A stretch of 64,000 nt of DNA. Origin: Acanthaster planci (Eukaryota). Each line of letters starts with the position of its first letter. Position 1 is the stretch's first letter. Where the stretch lies: contig NW_019091355.1 in the NCBI RefSeq assembly GCF_001949145.1, positions 2,586,646 through 2,650,645 on the forward strand, in the 5' to 3' direction. The notes beneath the pieces are model-generated. The model was not told the origin of the DNA and did no database searches. It was given only the letters and a program-made list of their open reading frames with translations. Below are positions 40,462-55,000 of the stretch, one piece after another. A program made the translations under genes and the position numbers.

Positions 40462-42267
40462 CTTGTGTCGATGCTTCAGTTTTTCTTTTTTTTTTCTCTC
40501 CCAAACCTGAAGGTAAAAAAAAAAGCCGTGAACTTCTTCAAGGTTAGGAAGTAAGCCTTTGGGAGGCCACACGCACTGTGATAAGATAGCATGGATGGTA
40601 CTTTCCGTCTGTGACTTTTCTGACTCAGCTTCCCATTGAAATGAACTGCTACTGAAAATTGGCAAACAAAAAAATAAAAATCTTCATGTGTATATCTTAG
40701 GCCAATATTTGTGCACACACGGTACATGAGCTGCTTAGTAAAGTTGTTGGAAGTTATTACATGTACGTACCATTATTAAAACACAGAAAATAAATTGAGA
40801 GCCAGCCACAGAAAAAAACATTCTTTTTCACTGGTAAAAGGTTTTTGTTTTTTTCCAAAGAAATGTTTTTTTTATGAATGCGCAAATAAGGCATAACCAG
40901 ACCACAGTAACTTCCATTTACTGCGGCAAGCTTGTTGTGCCGCTCTGTTGCTTGCGTCTACCTGCCAACAGGAAATTACAGGTGTGAATGGACAATAACG
41001 ACTGGAACACCTACAGATGCAATTAATTTTACCAAGTGCCCCGCTGGCCTATAGCAGGGCGGATTTGCTTTGAAAAAAAATGGAGCTCATTGTCAGCTCT
41101 CTCCTTGCCGGACAATGCCGTTCTCTTCAGCAAGCTACAGATCTCAGCAGGGACAAAGCACCGCTTGGGTCAGTGCCCCATAGGGGTGCGGCGATACCAG
41201 AGAGAGGAACCGTGTTTTGGGGTTTGTCCAAACACAACTGCAAAATTACCACAGTAGCTAACATGAATTGAAGCAGAAACCATTTGCTGCACAGAGGGAA
41301 CTGAACAGCATGATGTGTGCGGGTGACATCTGAGACTTCCAAATTGAAAACTTGAAATTAATTTCTCAGGGGTTTGAAACTATTGTATGCATGTTCTTTG
41401 TCCATGAAAAAGATCTAGAACATTGTGATCACATGCTTCCTTTGACCAATTGACATGAAAGGCCTTTGCATGCATGCGCTATGCCCTGGGTTGAAATTTG
41501 CCCACGCCCCCAGCTGTCTCCTAGCTGCTGAGGGGGAATTTTTTGGGTTTCCAGCAGGTAAAAGTACACAGAGAAGTATCAACTGATTTTGGACCAACAA
41601 ATTGAGCACATGTACAAACTCGCTGAATCTTTGATGACTTAATGCCCCCTGTTATTCACAATTTGCAACATGTGTACAAGTTTGAAGGGTTAACCTTGAA
41701 TTAACTGATAAAAAATCTCCAATTAGATATTTCCCAAATTGGGAAACAACATAGCCAAGCTGTCGTCATACTGTTCACTGACGTGAAGCGGGGTTAATTG
41801 ATGTTGAGAGACAATCAGTGGCACACCTACAAAACGCTTCCAGCCATAGCCGTCTAGCAGGCTAGTTAAAAAAAAAAAGTTGGCACAGTTCCACATAGTT
41901 CCGCTCACACACAGCACCGGGCTGTGTGTAGCAATTAATTAGCAGCTCCACTATCTCCCCTGTAAACATGTCACGGTGGCGGTTAAAGTCGGACAACTTG
42001 AGGGTGAAGCACAAGTTGTGCATGTCTTGTAAGTGATTAGTCAGGGTTCCTTTTTTTTTTTGTCTTGTGATCACCTCCGCATAGCTCGAGTTGACAAATC
42101 ATAGTAAAAAGTCATTGCCTGTAGTGTCTGCGAGCTGACTGATGGTGCGGTAGGTGTAAGTCACCTACCGGTGTCAGGAAACAAGTCCTGGATAACTTGG
42201 GAGTCTTTCTCAAACCGGTGGGTTAAGGTTGTCTTCATTCCAAGCTCTAAGAGCTGTGCATCCTCCC

Positions 42268-42422
42268 TTGAAATTACAGAAAGATTGAACCAGAAAAATT
42301 AAGATACCTCGTACAAAAGACCTGGATAAAGAGACGTGTTAATTTTTGTCTCAGTGAGTCTAATTAATGAAGTTTATTCAAGGCCTATATTGGCACGGTA
42401 AAAAATGAGGTCATCGGAGGAG
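42268..42422 (+). repeat. Interspersed repeat family C, copy 1
   Basis: Reverse complement of 46041-46202 (ttgaaattacagaaag, agatacc, aaaagacctgg, tgtctcagtga, ttcaaggcc.atattggca, aaatgaggtcatcggag). Confidence 0.85.
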
Positions 42423-45400
42423 CTGTGTAGCAGATTTGACAAGATAGTTAATAAACTCATTTGTAAAGTGAATGATTTATTCCACCAGTCCAAAATGTTC
42501 CATTTTTCTTTTTTTTTTCGGAAGTTACATACACAGTGTATACTTAATTATTATCGGTTTAGAGGGTCCAAACTGCAAATAAGGCCTAAGTACCGACAGC
42601 CTGTTTCATAAAAAGTGAAGGAAATAATAACAAGTTCATTTGAAATCTAGGACGCTGGAATTTTAAACCGTTCTATTGATCTGGAGTCAATGTCCAGTCG
42701 TCCTTGATTTTCACCACAGGAAGCACCTTCTCCTTGCGACTTCCCCTTTCGGCAAAGTCTATACTTTGTGACGCCAGCTTTTGGGGAATATGACATGGAC
42801 AGGATATCCCGCTCACTTCTCTAAAGAAAAAAACTCATTGCAGAGAAAGTAGCTGTCTTTTACCCACTGCGTATACTTCCTCTGCCCTGATTAAAGTCAG
42901 ACGTTTATTCCTGTTTACTTGGATGTCCTTACGTTTCTTTGTTATTTGCAGATAACAAACCAAAGAATCGAGACTTGGACACGTAAACAAAGACAAATTT
43001 CCTTTAGACAAAGATGTGTGTACACGTACACCTGCTGTACTGTTCAGTATGTCTATCAACTAATGGCACTCACTGCAGAAAGAATAATGTAAGCTTACAC
43101 GTGTGTAAGACTTTTTAAGAGTACATTGTACGACAAATAGCAGTCTTGCTCTTTTGGTCTGGAATTGTCGCACTAATAGTTGCCGTTTTTATTTTTCAAA
43201 TCATTGCGCACTATTCGTATTGGTATGGGATGTACGGCCTAATCACATTTTCATGGGAAATATTATAAAAACATCTTTATTTATTGAATAAGTCAGAACG
43301 GATTAATGTTAATTTGATTGGTGGATTCAAACACGCAAGGCACATTCCTTTCCTTTCTCGAGGTTCACCGGAAAAAATTCAAGTTCAAGGTTGCTGACAA
43401 ATTTAGAAAGAGATACCCAACCGGGTAGAGATGAACGGGGACAGAAACCAAGAGAGTTTTTTTGCTCACACCCAGCCTCTCTTCAACTTGATCCCAGTGG
43501 AATGTGGCTCCCGTAGTAGCACCGTGGTAACACCGCGGTCCACCCTGGCCGGCAGTCACTTAAATAGCCTTCACACAACCCCCGTCAATCACGGGGCCGC
43601 ACAAATAAAGAAATTATCACACAGTGATCGCCCCAGTGGGTAACATTCTTGATATTTAGTCAAGTGGTGGCGCTGGGCACTCAAGCAGTAGGTGTTTATC
43701 GATTATAGAGATTCTCTGTGGGTGCTGGTTTTAGCTTCCTTAAAGTGCTTAGGCTGGCATTTGTCAATGTTAGAATCAAGTCAAGTTGGAACCACTCTTA
43801 AAAGTCAACTGAGAGTAGCAGTGACTTATGAAACATTGCAAGTCAACTTTTTTTTCAATTGCGGTGTTGGGCAGCGAGACAAACCAGCAGGAACAGTTTG
43901 TTTCAAACTTCTGGTAGGCCTACGTGCATGACGTAGGCAAAAGCGAGTAAAAGGTTTGACTTACAGACGTGTTTAAGTTCACATCTCTGCCAACTTGAAG
44001 AATCTCGGTAGCCTTTCTTATTTATGATGGCATTGGCCTCAGACGTGTTTCAGTAAGTCACGACAAACATCCCCAGCTCCCTGAGATGTTATGACTGTAA
44101 GTCACTGAAAGATTCTGCCAAATACCACTGATGACATCACGACGCATGGACCTCCGTCATTCAAGGGGAGGGGGAGCTAATGTCTTATTTTTAGACTCTG
44201 TGACTTCAAAAGGATCAGACTGGGGTGCATAGGGCCCCCCACATCAAGCCGTAGAAATCTACACCCAAATGCAACATTTGACGCTCGGCGGGGCAGAGCA
44301 CCGGAGCTTCAGTAGCCAATTTGGGAGCAATTGAAGGAGGAATGTCACTGGATTCACAGGTGGAATACAGAATCGGAAGAATGTACATGTACATTCGCAC
44401 GCTCAGCGATAGCATCCAGGCTCCCCCAGCCATCGAAATGTACCTGTAGCTTCAACAAAATTGTTTTGGAGGGCATTTTTTGACTCACCAAGAGGCAGGG
44501 GAGAATTTTCCACATTGGTTTAAGTCCAAGTCCAGTGCTTCTGTTTAGCTTTTGACCTCTCTTTGTGATTGATCGGTAGCTGTTCTGTGTCTCAAATGTT
44601 GGGTGGATGGTTCCCTCCCTGAAAAAGTTTGTTTGAACCTCCAAAATGTAACTGTTTCCCCTTTGTGAAAATGATCTCTTCCAAGAAAGTGTCTGTAAAG
44701 ATTTAAAGTTTATTGTAGCATAATTTTGTAAGTTCTGAAGAAAAGAGAAGAAATGTTGTTGAAGCTGTTGATAACTTCCAAAAATAATCGGAGCCCCTCG
44801 TTTTTTTTTTCTTCTCCTTAAATGAAGCTTGAGGGCTAAGGGTGGACCCTACCCTCTATGTACGTGGCTACAGAAATCCCGGGGCTAGACAATCTATTTC
44901 TGTTTGAGGGTTGAACCCTCGGATTTCGCAGGTGCCAGCTGCTCCCAGAGGGCTCAGCTCTTAAAAACTCTCGCAGAAACCCTGAATTATTAGTGCTTCC
45001 CCAACTGGAGACAGCCCAATTCTAGCACCCTCCCTTCCTCAAAGGGTGTAATATATACCCCTCGTCGTTGGCCCGTGACGCCCCTCTACATGTTGATATG
45101 CTGGGGGCACCCTACTGTGCTCTAGTTGTAGGGACCCTCTAGTTCGTTCCACGGTGTGCATACACGTCCGTCCGTCGTCTTCGCTACCCGCAGTGCACTC
45201 TCAGGAAGGCAAGCTTGCTGTTTATCACTCAGACTTCAAATACCTGCACGTTTTGATGCAAGGTGTGTGACCAAATTAAGCCTTGAAATCACAGACTTGA
45301 ACCCCTTTCAATGGAGTCAAATACCAATCCACAGTTTGCAGAAGATCCCTGTGCCGTGGCAGACTTCTTTGTCCTTTGGGAACCATTACAATTATTAGTG

Positions 45401-46040
45401 TAAAGTACTCTTGAAGAAGTTCTTGCAGTACCATAAATCTAGCTGCAAAACTAATTCAATTAAATTTTAAAAGAACAGCTCTGACCATTTCACTTCACCA
45501 TCTTGAGGTACGCGAGCACACTTGTCGGTACCAAGCGCACTGTTTTTATGAGAGCTGTCATGATGACCAAGACATTCTGGGGACACTTGAATGTCCCCAC
45601 ACTGTAGTCCAAACAATAACATATGGTATGGGTAACATATCTTCCTGGAATGTCCTGTTGGAACATTGATTCAGTCACATGCGGAGGGGCTGCAAAAACT
45701 TTCCATTTTAGGCAAGTGACTTGGGCAGATAGTGCCAATTCAAACTCCGGTGATTTGGAAAAGCACCACGTGTGCATTGATAACTACCAGTGATGAGTGA
45801 TTGCGAATGCGATGGAATGCTAACGTCCTTGTATGTGCGTGCGATGCTACTTCATCACGTTCAAATCCACTTGCCTCAAAAGGCTCACTTGCTGTATTAT
45901 ATTTCCCAGAATTCATCAAGAGGTCCGGGTCAATAATCCTGACCTACAGTGACTTCCTTTGAACAAGATAAGAGAGACTGACCAACTGGCAGGTAGCTGG
46001 TCAGCTCCTGGTCATCGTAGGCCCATTGCCTGACCAGAGA

Positions 46041-46202
46041 CTGCTCCGATGACCTCATTTGTCACCATGCCAATATTGGCCTTGAATGAACTTCGTTAAT
46101 CAAATTCACTGAGACAGTAATTAACTTGTATCCATCTGTTCAGCCAGGTCTTTTATTCAGGGTATCTTTTATCTTTCTGGTCCAAACTTTCTGTAATTTC
46201 AA
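46041..46202 (-). repeat. Interspersed repeat family C, copy 2 (inverted)
   Basis: Inverted, diverged copy of 42268-42422, about 3.6 kb away. Confidence 0.85.
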
Positions 46203-47400
46203 AAGTCACCATGATCCCATCTGACAGGTGGAGAATATTTGAGCAAATGGAAGACACTGTTTACCAGGATGAAACTTGGAGATTCACCTCTTTGGATTCC
46301 ATTTTGTCAGGTGAAATTGAATGAAGGTGGAAATGGCAAGCCAACCTCACTTTTCCAGTGCCTTAAGTGATCATTTCCAGGCCATTGAATGATAGTCGTT
46401 CAAAGCCATTCGGAAGTTGTACAGCGGTTTCCTGTCTAGAAGGCTCGAGTATAGATAGATGTTTGCACTACCGGGAGTCTCTCAGACACTTTTTATTTAG
46501 ACAACCCCATTTAAAAATTCTATTTAAGAAACAAAAACAAGATTACTCGCCGAAAATATGTTTGCCCTCCTGTACAAGAGGTTTATACTCCTAAAAATCT
46601 CTTCAGAATACACGTCTTCGAAGCAAATTTGAACAGCAGAGAAGGAAACAGTGGACTAGGAATAAAATGTGATGCCAAATAGGTGACAATTTGTGACAGC
46701 CTTTTCCACTAAATTTGCAAATGGAAGCATTGAGTTTGTCTATTGTTACACATGCTTGTACCATACCATTGAAAGACGAGCAGTACAGTAGTGTACGCAT
46801 AGCTGTACTCATGTTCACTTTCAGTATTGAATTGAATGGATAGCTTCACTCGTTAAAATATTTTTGGGAGGGCGATATACCCCAAATGATGTCATTAGTG
46901 AATTCCATACACCCACTGAAAAGGGAACTTTGGAAAGGACTTGCCAAATTGTGGCCATTGCCCTTTGCCGACCGGTGTCTGAGATTACTCATTGGAAAGT
47001 TTAAGGGATACTTAGTCATTGATTTTTGCAGAGTAGGTTTGCACCCCGGGGTGAAGAGTGTGCATTGCCAAGAATCAGTGTGTTATTTCTTTTCTTTCAG
47101 AAAACAGTGCTCAAGAAATGGAAAAAAAACACACATATTTACGTTTGGTTTTTTTTCCAAAACAACGTACGCATAAAGTCAAATTGAACCTAGAAACTGA
47201 CATGCATTATTCTGGAGTTGTTTTAAGATTTGATAATGCTTTGCAGGCTCACCGTGCAGTAGGAGATGACCCAAAACCAGAAAATATGTATCTGCTCATC
47301 TGGCCGCTAATCTTATAAAAACAAAAGATAACAGACAGATGGCTTCTCAGCATGCTCTGTGGGGGAAGGAGAGTGTGTTTTCAAATGAATTATGGTTGAT

Positions 47401-48294
47401 GTTACCGTGGCAACCAGTTAACCGTCCTTGCATCAACAGCATACTCGCTACAGAGAGTAAGTAAAATGCAGGGATTTCACTTCCAAATCACCCAAGATCT
47501 GCTCCGGCAAGATCCAGGGGAGGCATCGCACTGATGCATTGCCATGGAAACGGGAGTAATATCTCTGCTGCTGGAGGGTGTGTGGCAGTCGGAGGGATGC
47601 GATTAGGATGTTATTTCACATACCTTGGGATTCCGTCCTCCGTAATGAAATATGCATGCGCTTTATTTAGCACAGGCACATGTGTTGGAGGCGCGAGGCA
47701 TGAATTTGATGTAGTGGTTTGAGTCTGTGAGAGTCATGTGATGCTGTAGCATTTTTAATGCAAGATTTGTTGCTTCTCCCTGTGTTGTCTCGTCACCATT
47801 TTCACAGGAATCTGAAATCGTCCTGCAAATTCTGTCCGTCCTGAGTGTTGCCAGCTATGAATACGTGCCATTTAACCTGGCATTGGCCTTTGTAGTGAAA
47901 TTTGTGCTGTAAAAGAGGAAAGTGTTGATGTTACAACACAAGTGAAATTTAGAGCACCTGGACCATAGGCAAAGCTTCTTGATTTTTTTCCTGACCACTG
48001 TGCTGTAACAGGAGACAGTGGAATATCAGTTCAGCTCTGCATTTTAAGGCTCTGAATTTGAGATGTTTTGTGGGCCCAGAAATGCTCAAACGCTAGATTT
48101 TCTTCAGGCTCACATTCGGAGACTGTAGCTCATTGTGACACTGCTGGATACTGCATGTGACTTCCTCCCAAACTTCTCCACCTAAAGGCAGAATGTGGCA
48201 ACAACCTCCACGATGCACATGTTGTGAGGCTAAGATTGTCAGGAGGAAATTACTAAGGAGACCAGGAAGGGACCGGGGAGGTTGCTATGGCAAC
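47401..48294. promoter_or_regulatory. Cluster of RFX X-box-like palindromes
   Basis: GTTACCGTGGCAAC (47401-47414), ATTGCCATGGAAAC (47538-47551), GTTGCTATGGCAAC (48281-48294). Confidence 0.5.
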
Positions 48295-49381
48295 AGAGGC
48301 TCTGGGCCCAGACTTTTTTCTGCTCTTGTAGCGCTTGTGGCCCAAAATAAAAATGACTGTTAGGTGAAGAAATTGTTATCGGATCAAAGGATTGTCAGTA
48401 ATACAAAACTAGGTTTGTGACTAGGGGAAACATGTGTGTCTAGATTACACCGAGATAACTAATGCCAGGTCGTGCAAAGCATGATTCAAATTATACCTGT
48501 ACAGACTGAATAACAGAAAAGTTATTTTGAAGATGGGCAAGTCTGAACACTGCATTGTTATTCACAAAGGAGAGACAAATCTTTCACTTTCAAAGATGAA
48601 ATTCTTTGGCAGGTGCAACTAGAAAAGAGTATGCAAGCTGCTGAAAAAGGAAGAATTATCCAGGATCTTTGAGACGGTATTGTTACAAACCTTAACGACA
48701 TGTGATCAGAGGAAAAGAAACAAGAATGTTCATATCATAGTCACAACGGAAACTGTTTCTGTATTTTCCAGCTACACAGCACCATATCACATCGCACAAT
48801 GTAACAACATTGCGCGATGTGATATGGTGCTGTATAGCACTGAGTGAAATAAATTAGTAGTGATCCACTCAGGAAAAGCCACAATTTACCAATGTGATCT
48901 AAATGTGTACCGCATCTGTGTGTACATGTGTGTTTATTTCGAAATGACATTTGCACAGTTTTGCAGACACAGGATTTAAACCAGACAGTTAGAAGTCTTT
49001 TTTGCAGCTTTTTATCCAAGTCATCCTCGGCAGATCATTCCAAGATTTGAAAGTCCCCTCTGAACTTTATGTCCATGTACATTAGACAGGCTAATCTTCA
49101 CTATTTATAAGGCACCATGAATTGGCTTAACTGGATAATACACAAGAGATTTGGCAATTAAGGGAGACAGCCTTCCGCCTTCCCCATGGCCTTCAGTAAA
49201 GTTTCCTGAAAACCAGCTTTTTGCTCTCAATCTGAAAAAGAGTATTTAGTCGTGACCCTTGCGCGACATTTTTTTTTCCAACAGGAGATTTCCAGTCGTA
49301 CGAATGAGGTTGAGGATAACCCAAAGCGGAGGCGTTGCCAGGTGTCGAGTTTGAAATAGTCAGGTCAAATTCAAAACCTTT

Positions 49382-49499
49382 CCTTCCCAGCTTTCCTTGG
49401 TTGCAAGACCTGTGCTATATCACCCCCCCCCCCCCCCCCACCCCNCCTTCCCAGCTTTCCTTGGTTGCAAGACCTGTGCTATATCCCCCCCCCCCCCCC
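49382..49499 (+). repeat. 40-bp duplication, each copy followed by poly-C, with an N between them
   Basis: ccttcccagctttccttggttgcaagacctgtgctatatc at 49382 and 49446; N at 49445. Confidence 0.85.
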
Positions 49500-51882
49500 G
49501 ACACACACTATTGGAAAAGCCCGTAGCAACAGCTCCTCTGCAAGTTCTAACAAAATTTCAAACCAGAATTGGCAACGTCAGCTGCCTTCAGCACACCGTG
49601 GATGACCAAATTGTGTTTGATTTCATCAATTTGTTCTCCCTCGGTTGCCTTCAGCCAAAGTACAGTTTATACACTGAAGCACCTAGAGGTATACTTCCGA
49701 AAATTCTGATGCACCTGGTATTTTTGTCCTCCATAATATTTTCCCCAAAAAGACAATTTAATTTTGTTGTCTGCCCTTCGGCACACTCTCGAAGAAAATT
49801 TGTTCTTTCTATAATAGTGATCAACTGATCAGGGCCATTTCCCTCCTTGTCATCTTGGGCGGGTGAAATTCTCCAGCCGATCACAGGTGGCTGCATCCAG
49901 CTGCCGCTGATGGTACATTTACATGCTGCCCTCCCTTGGTCAACCGGAGACAACATTCCGTGGTCTCACCACTGCAGAATTTCACAGCGTGCAGTCAGTT
50001 CTTCCTGCACAGGTGTAGTGGTGCACTTTGGTTTGGAGCCGGGATTTTTTCCCGTTAACCTCAAGGGGGGGGTTGGAAAGCCTGTGGTTGTTTTGTTTGT
50101 TTTATATGCATCAGACATGATACCATTGGATGTGTATTACCATGCTGTGTATGATTTGGCTGAAATGTGTGTTTCAGTTAGTATTTCACGTATAAGCAAC
50201 ATTTACAGCGCCAAATATCACGGGATCAGGATGACAAACATGGACCTCTTCCCAGCAATTTTTTTTTTTTTTTTATGTACTCTGATGAGAGGACAAGATT
50301 TCTTTTGGATCGTTTCTTTCATTTTCTTTCCCCCAAAGCGTGTGAAAATTCCTAAAACTTGGCCTCATCATCCATCAGAAGGGCTGTGAAAGTTGCATAC
50401 AGAAATTCTCAACACCTCGCAAGAATTTGGCTCTGGATCTTCTGCTGATCCTGGCATTAATCTCGATGAAAAGCGTGAGGTGTGGGAGGCAATGTGGGCC
50501 TAATTTGAGTCCCAAGCGTCTCAATTTAAATGGCGTGACTATACATTCTCTGCTTTTCCTCAATCAGGGTCTGTGCATGTGTATTCAGATTACAGCAGAG
50601 TGGTATGTGCTGTCCTGCCATTATCAATACGAGGTCCAGCTCCCAGTTTCTTGGGATTTTGTCTTAACACCATCCAAGGAAGTGCTATCCCAGGAAGCGC
50701 TGGCTTCAGTTTGTGGTTGGGCTGTCTTCCGCTGGGCTGCAAATGATGTCTGTTGGTGGTATGGTAATGATGGCCGTGTGAATGATGCTAGACACTGATG
50801 CTGTCAACCACGGTACTTAGCCTTGGCGATGAAATATTCATAGTGCCGAAAATTGGGGTTCCCAGCACTTTCTATTGACTTTAAGTTCTCAAACTTGCAC
50901 CTGTAGGTACATGTGCATGTGTCTTATTCAACAGTTCTGCTGGTAAATATAGCAGTATACATTTTTACAAATTTTCAGCTTTTACCATCTTCTAAAACAT
51001 GGCCTCAGTAATGTGGTGTGGGAAGTATAGAAAGTTTGTTGTTGATGGTTTTTTGAGGTTTTTAGTTGGAGTATTGAGGGTGTTTTTCTTTATCTTGGGT
51101 TTTTCAGGGGAGGGGGTTGAGTGGTTAAACTGTGGAGTGTTGGTTTCGCTTCACGACCAGTCTTTTCCTTCCTCTGTGGTTCCACTGAGTTCCTGGGTGG
51201 AAGGCCTCGAGTACTATTTGGCCACTCTTCCAAAAACCTTTCTCCTGATTCCCAAATGGTAGGGACATCCAAGAATGCCAGGCCAACAGGCTCAGGGGAA
51301 AAATGCCTTGTGGTTAACCAACACAGCAGACGCTCACTTTGAAGGGTGCACTTCAACGCAGAAGGAGATGTTGATTGTTTCTGAAAAACTGTTCCCTGCA
51401 GCTAGTCTAGCGAAACCCTTGTGTTTTAGTTTTTCTGTCTCTGTGGGCTCCAGGAGTCTCGCTGAGGAGGTCTGTCTTCTGCTGTTACAACCAACCTTTG
51501 TGATATCATAAATATTTAGAATACTTGTCCTTTTGCCAGACAATTTTCACTTTGGCAAATGAAGGTTTGGAAGGGTAAAAATTTGTCGTGAATAATGCAT
51601 GTGTGTTATTTTAGAATTTTATTTATCGGGGTCTCTTTTGAGTTTAAATTTATATCAAGTTTCGTTGATGTGTTTTTCCAGACAGCTGAATGTATTCACT
51701 GATCAGAAGTAAATTTTTATCTTTATCATATCCTAAAAATACAAAAGAAGAAGATATTGGAATTCCTCTCTACGGCTGATTCATATTAAGTCTGCATATC
51801 AGGTGTGTGATCACCAGAACTAAACACGGGTATTTTTTTTATTCATTCGTATTTTTAACTTGATTTTTCCTCATGGTGTGAA

Positions 51883-52056
51883 CAGTGGCGTAGCGAGGGC
51901 TAAATGCCCAGGGGCACCCGGGGTGCACAGAGTTTTTCAAGGGGGCAAGACTAGAGAATAAGCTGTAGTTGCATAGCTATATAAACTCAACAGAGATCTC
52001 AAATGAGGGGAGGACACAGGGGGCCCCCCTCCCCTCCCCCTCCCATTACGCCACTG
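51883..52056. mobile_element. hAT-like non-autonomous element (MITE), 174 bp
   Basis: TIRs CAGTGGCGTA ... TACGCCACTG; perfect 8-bp TSD GGTGTGAA at 51875-51882 and 52057-52064. Confidence 0.9.
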
Positions 52057-55000
52057 GGTGTGAAAGATGCAAAGTTTCTCTTCTCAGTCCGAGCTCTAAT
52101 GAATTACACACTGTGGACATTGTATGCTGAGCAATAATGGCGCAGAAGCACCTTCCTGAATGTTGCTTACTCAATTCTAATGCTCCTGTGCTTTCTCTGG
52201 CTGGAGAGGTACCGTTCTTACCCGCTCACTTGACGTTTTCAATGGACTGTATATTTCTTCCACTGCTTACATTGTGGTCACTTTAAGTGCTCTGTGGGCA
52301 GACCACAAATTCCTCCCCATCACAGCACAGATCCTGAGGCACAGTTTGTGTGGTCCTCAATACTCAAAATGTTGAATTCCTTCAGCCTTGATTCCACATC
52401 CCTGCCAGTCCCATCAACACATTATCATCCAAAGGATGCAAAGTATCCGGCCCTGGGATGAAGTTCAGTGCTTAACCAACACAAAAGATGGCACCGTATC
52501 AGATCACTTTTCCTCCAATTCACGGCCCCAAGGTCCTGAAGAAATTGTTAGAGATCCTTTCGGGTGAGCAATTAAAAATAATGTTTCAGTCAGAATGGCA
52601 ACCCAGCCTCCAACTTAATCAGCAGAAAAGAATGGATTTTTGCACAGCACTTGTGAAGAGGTTTTGTCAAATTCCTCTTTGCAGATTTAGTATCTGAACC
52701 ATTTGACAATGCAGTTTTTCTCCGGTGTGTAATGATGTTATTTCTGTTTTGCTAATTTAATCCTTCGTCAATCATCCATATATTTTACGTCCTTTTCAGT
52801 GAAGAAAACAGAGCAACCAAATCGAAACAAATGTTGACCTACATAAATATACACTGTACATACGTACAAGCAAATATCAAGAGACAAAGGGGCATCATGT
52901 AAAAAGCAAGATTTAATTGTCACAGGAAATTACTGCTCAGGAGGAACAGGTGATAATGAAGTGTTAATAATTTCCATATGATGACACTTTGCCAGGGTTT
53001 GCAGGGCTTCCATCTTGCAGACCAGTGCTTTTGTTCCACAGATGTACAAAGGAGGTTTCCCTGTGGAACAAAAGAGTTATCCAGCAAGATGGCTGCAGCG
53101 CAAAGCCTCTATAAGATATTACCAATATAGTTATCAGAAGAGAATGCAGTTTACTTCATGGGTTTTGAAGTAAACTTCTTGTATGGCACCTCACCACCGG
53201 TGGGAGATAAAGTATGTGAAATTGAAAGACTACCTGGCTATCCCGATTAATCCACATGGATTGTGCATGTTATTTATATAAAAACTTGAGGTCCATTTAT
53301 AGATAACTAACCTGGGAGGGTAACTCAGCAACCTACATGTAGGGCAGAAACAGGAAAAGTTGCCTACTCTGCCCAGAACTAAGATGAATTACACCGACCC
53401 TTTTGAGTGACGTGCCAATTTATTGGCACGACTGGAAGGAATATGGACACTGGGAGGTTTGACATCAAACAAGAATAACTTTTGGGTGGTATATGCTTGA
53501 GTATATTGATGGATGAATGATATCACTGATGTTATCGCCCGGCAGTCAGAGGGAAATTAGCGGGGAAGGAACTTGGGAAAGGAACAAGGGAAGAGGCCAG
53601 TAACTGAATTAGTATATATTCTGGAAAGCCAACAGTCTCCCCATCTGAAGACGGTGGAGTATAAGTTGTGTTGACGGACATTTATTAAAAAATTGAACGA
53701 TTCATCGTAACCTGTGCACAACCTGGAATTTGCCCTGCAACTTTTCCTATTTGTTGAAAACCCAAAGTGAAAAAAACTGCCCCTCTTGATCACAAACTCT
53801 CTTTTCAAGGATGTTGAAATTATCAGCAGTACGTAATATGAACTCTCTGGAAAGTTTTTAAAACTTTCAACTTGGACCTGATTTTAGGAGATACCTCAAG
53901 AAGTTTCTAAGCCTTCCATGGTTTCACTAATTGTAATAGTGTTTTGAGAAGACTTGAAGTCCATGTGTCAGGCCTTTCACTAACAGCCAGGGCATCTTTG
54001 AATTCTGGCTGGCTATCAGCAGTACAGAAGCAAAGTGTCAAAAAATCTCACGCATCTATCAAAAACACCCACAAATTACATGCAATACTGCTAGTAATTA
54101 TACTAAAGAAAATTCCGCCCTTTTTAATGCTAATGAAACAAATGTGCAGTTGGAGGGCAAAATCTGTTACCAGCAGGGGGTGAACATCGTGCAAAAATTT
54201 GCTGCCGCATACAACTGGTAGAGTATTAAATCTTTTCGTGCCTCCTTCTTAGTGTTGTCAACAAGGCGCATGCAGAAAAAAAGTATGCACCACATGCGAG
54301 GAGCCGATGACAAGGGAAGAGAATTTTGGCTGGGGCTTTGGTTGGAGACAGCAGGGACCGGAACAGGAGGGTAGTTTTTGGTGAAACATCCCAGGGAGAA
54401 AAGTGTCTGTCTCGGGAGGAATTAAGACATCAGGTTGTAGCAGTGTAAGGTTGCCGGCTCCCGTTCACAAGAAGCAATGGTGGCACCAGGTTGACAGATT
54501 TCGCATAGTTTGTGGCATTTTTCAAAGGAGATTCAGCTAAGAATTAAGTCAATAATTAAAACCTTTCGGGGTTGACAGACTGACCTTCTTTCGGGTGGAA
54601 TTGATCCGGGTCAGGTGTTGAGTAATCACATCACTGTGTTCGGTTTTCAAAACTGACATCAGACAGATTGGCATTAATCTGGAATCTAGGATATCTGAGG
54701 CATTTCTTTTTCTCGACTTTATACTGATCTTTAGTTCAATTTTCTGTGGAACCTGTGGTTGATTTGCCACTTGAGAGTGATGCCCTCAACTTGGACTCGT
54801 CACTGAACTGAACCTGTTGTGTGACACAAGAGGGCGCCATTGCATGATGGCACAGTTGACTCCAGGAGGCTTGTGGCTGCATGCATGAAATTCTTGGATA
54901 CAGGAGATGCATGTATCACTCGGTGGCAGTGTTGAATCAATGAAGGACTCGCGTTGATAGATTATGTTCACGCTCCTATAGATTGACTTAGTCTTTGAAA

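Noticed and set aside
49382..49499. Duplication around poly-C as a biological feature
   Set aside because: The only N seen in the window sits exactly at the junction, so it is most likely an unmerged contig overlap.
49847..50389. Longest ORF (180 aa)
   Set aside because: Runs through poly-T and poly-G tracts, has random composition and no domain.
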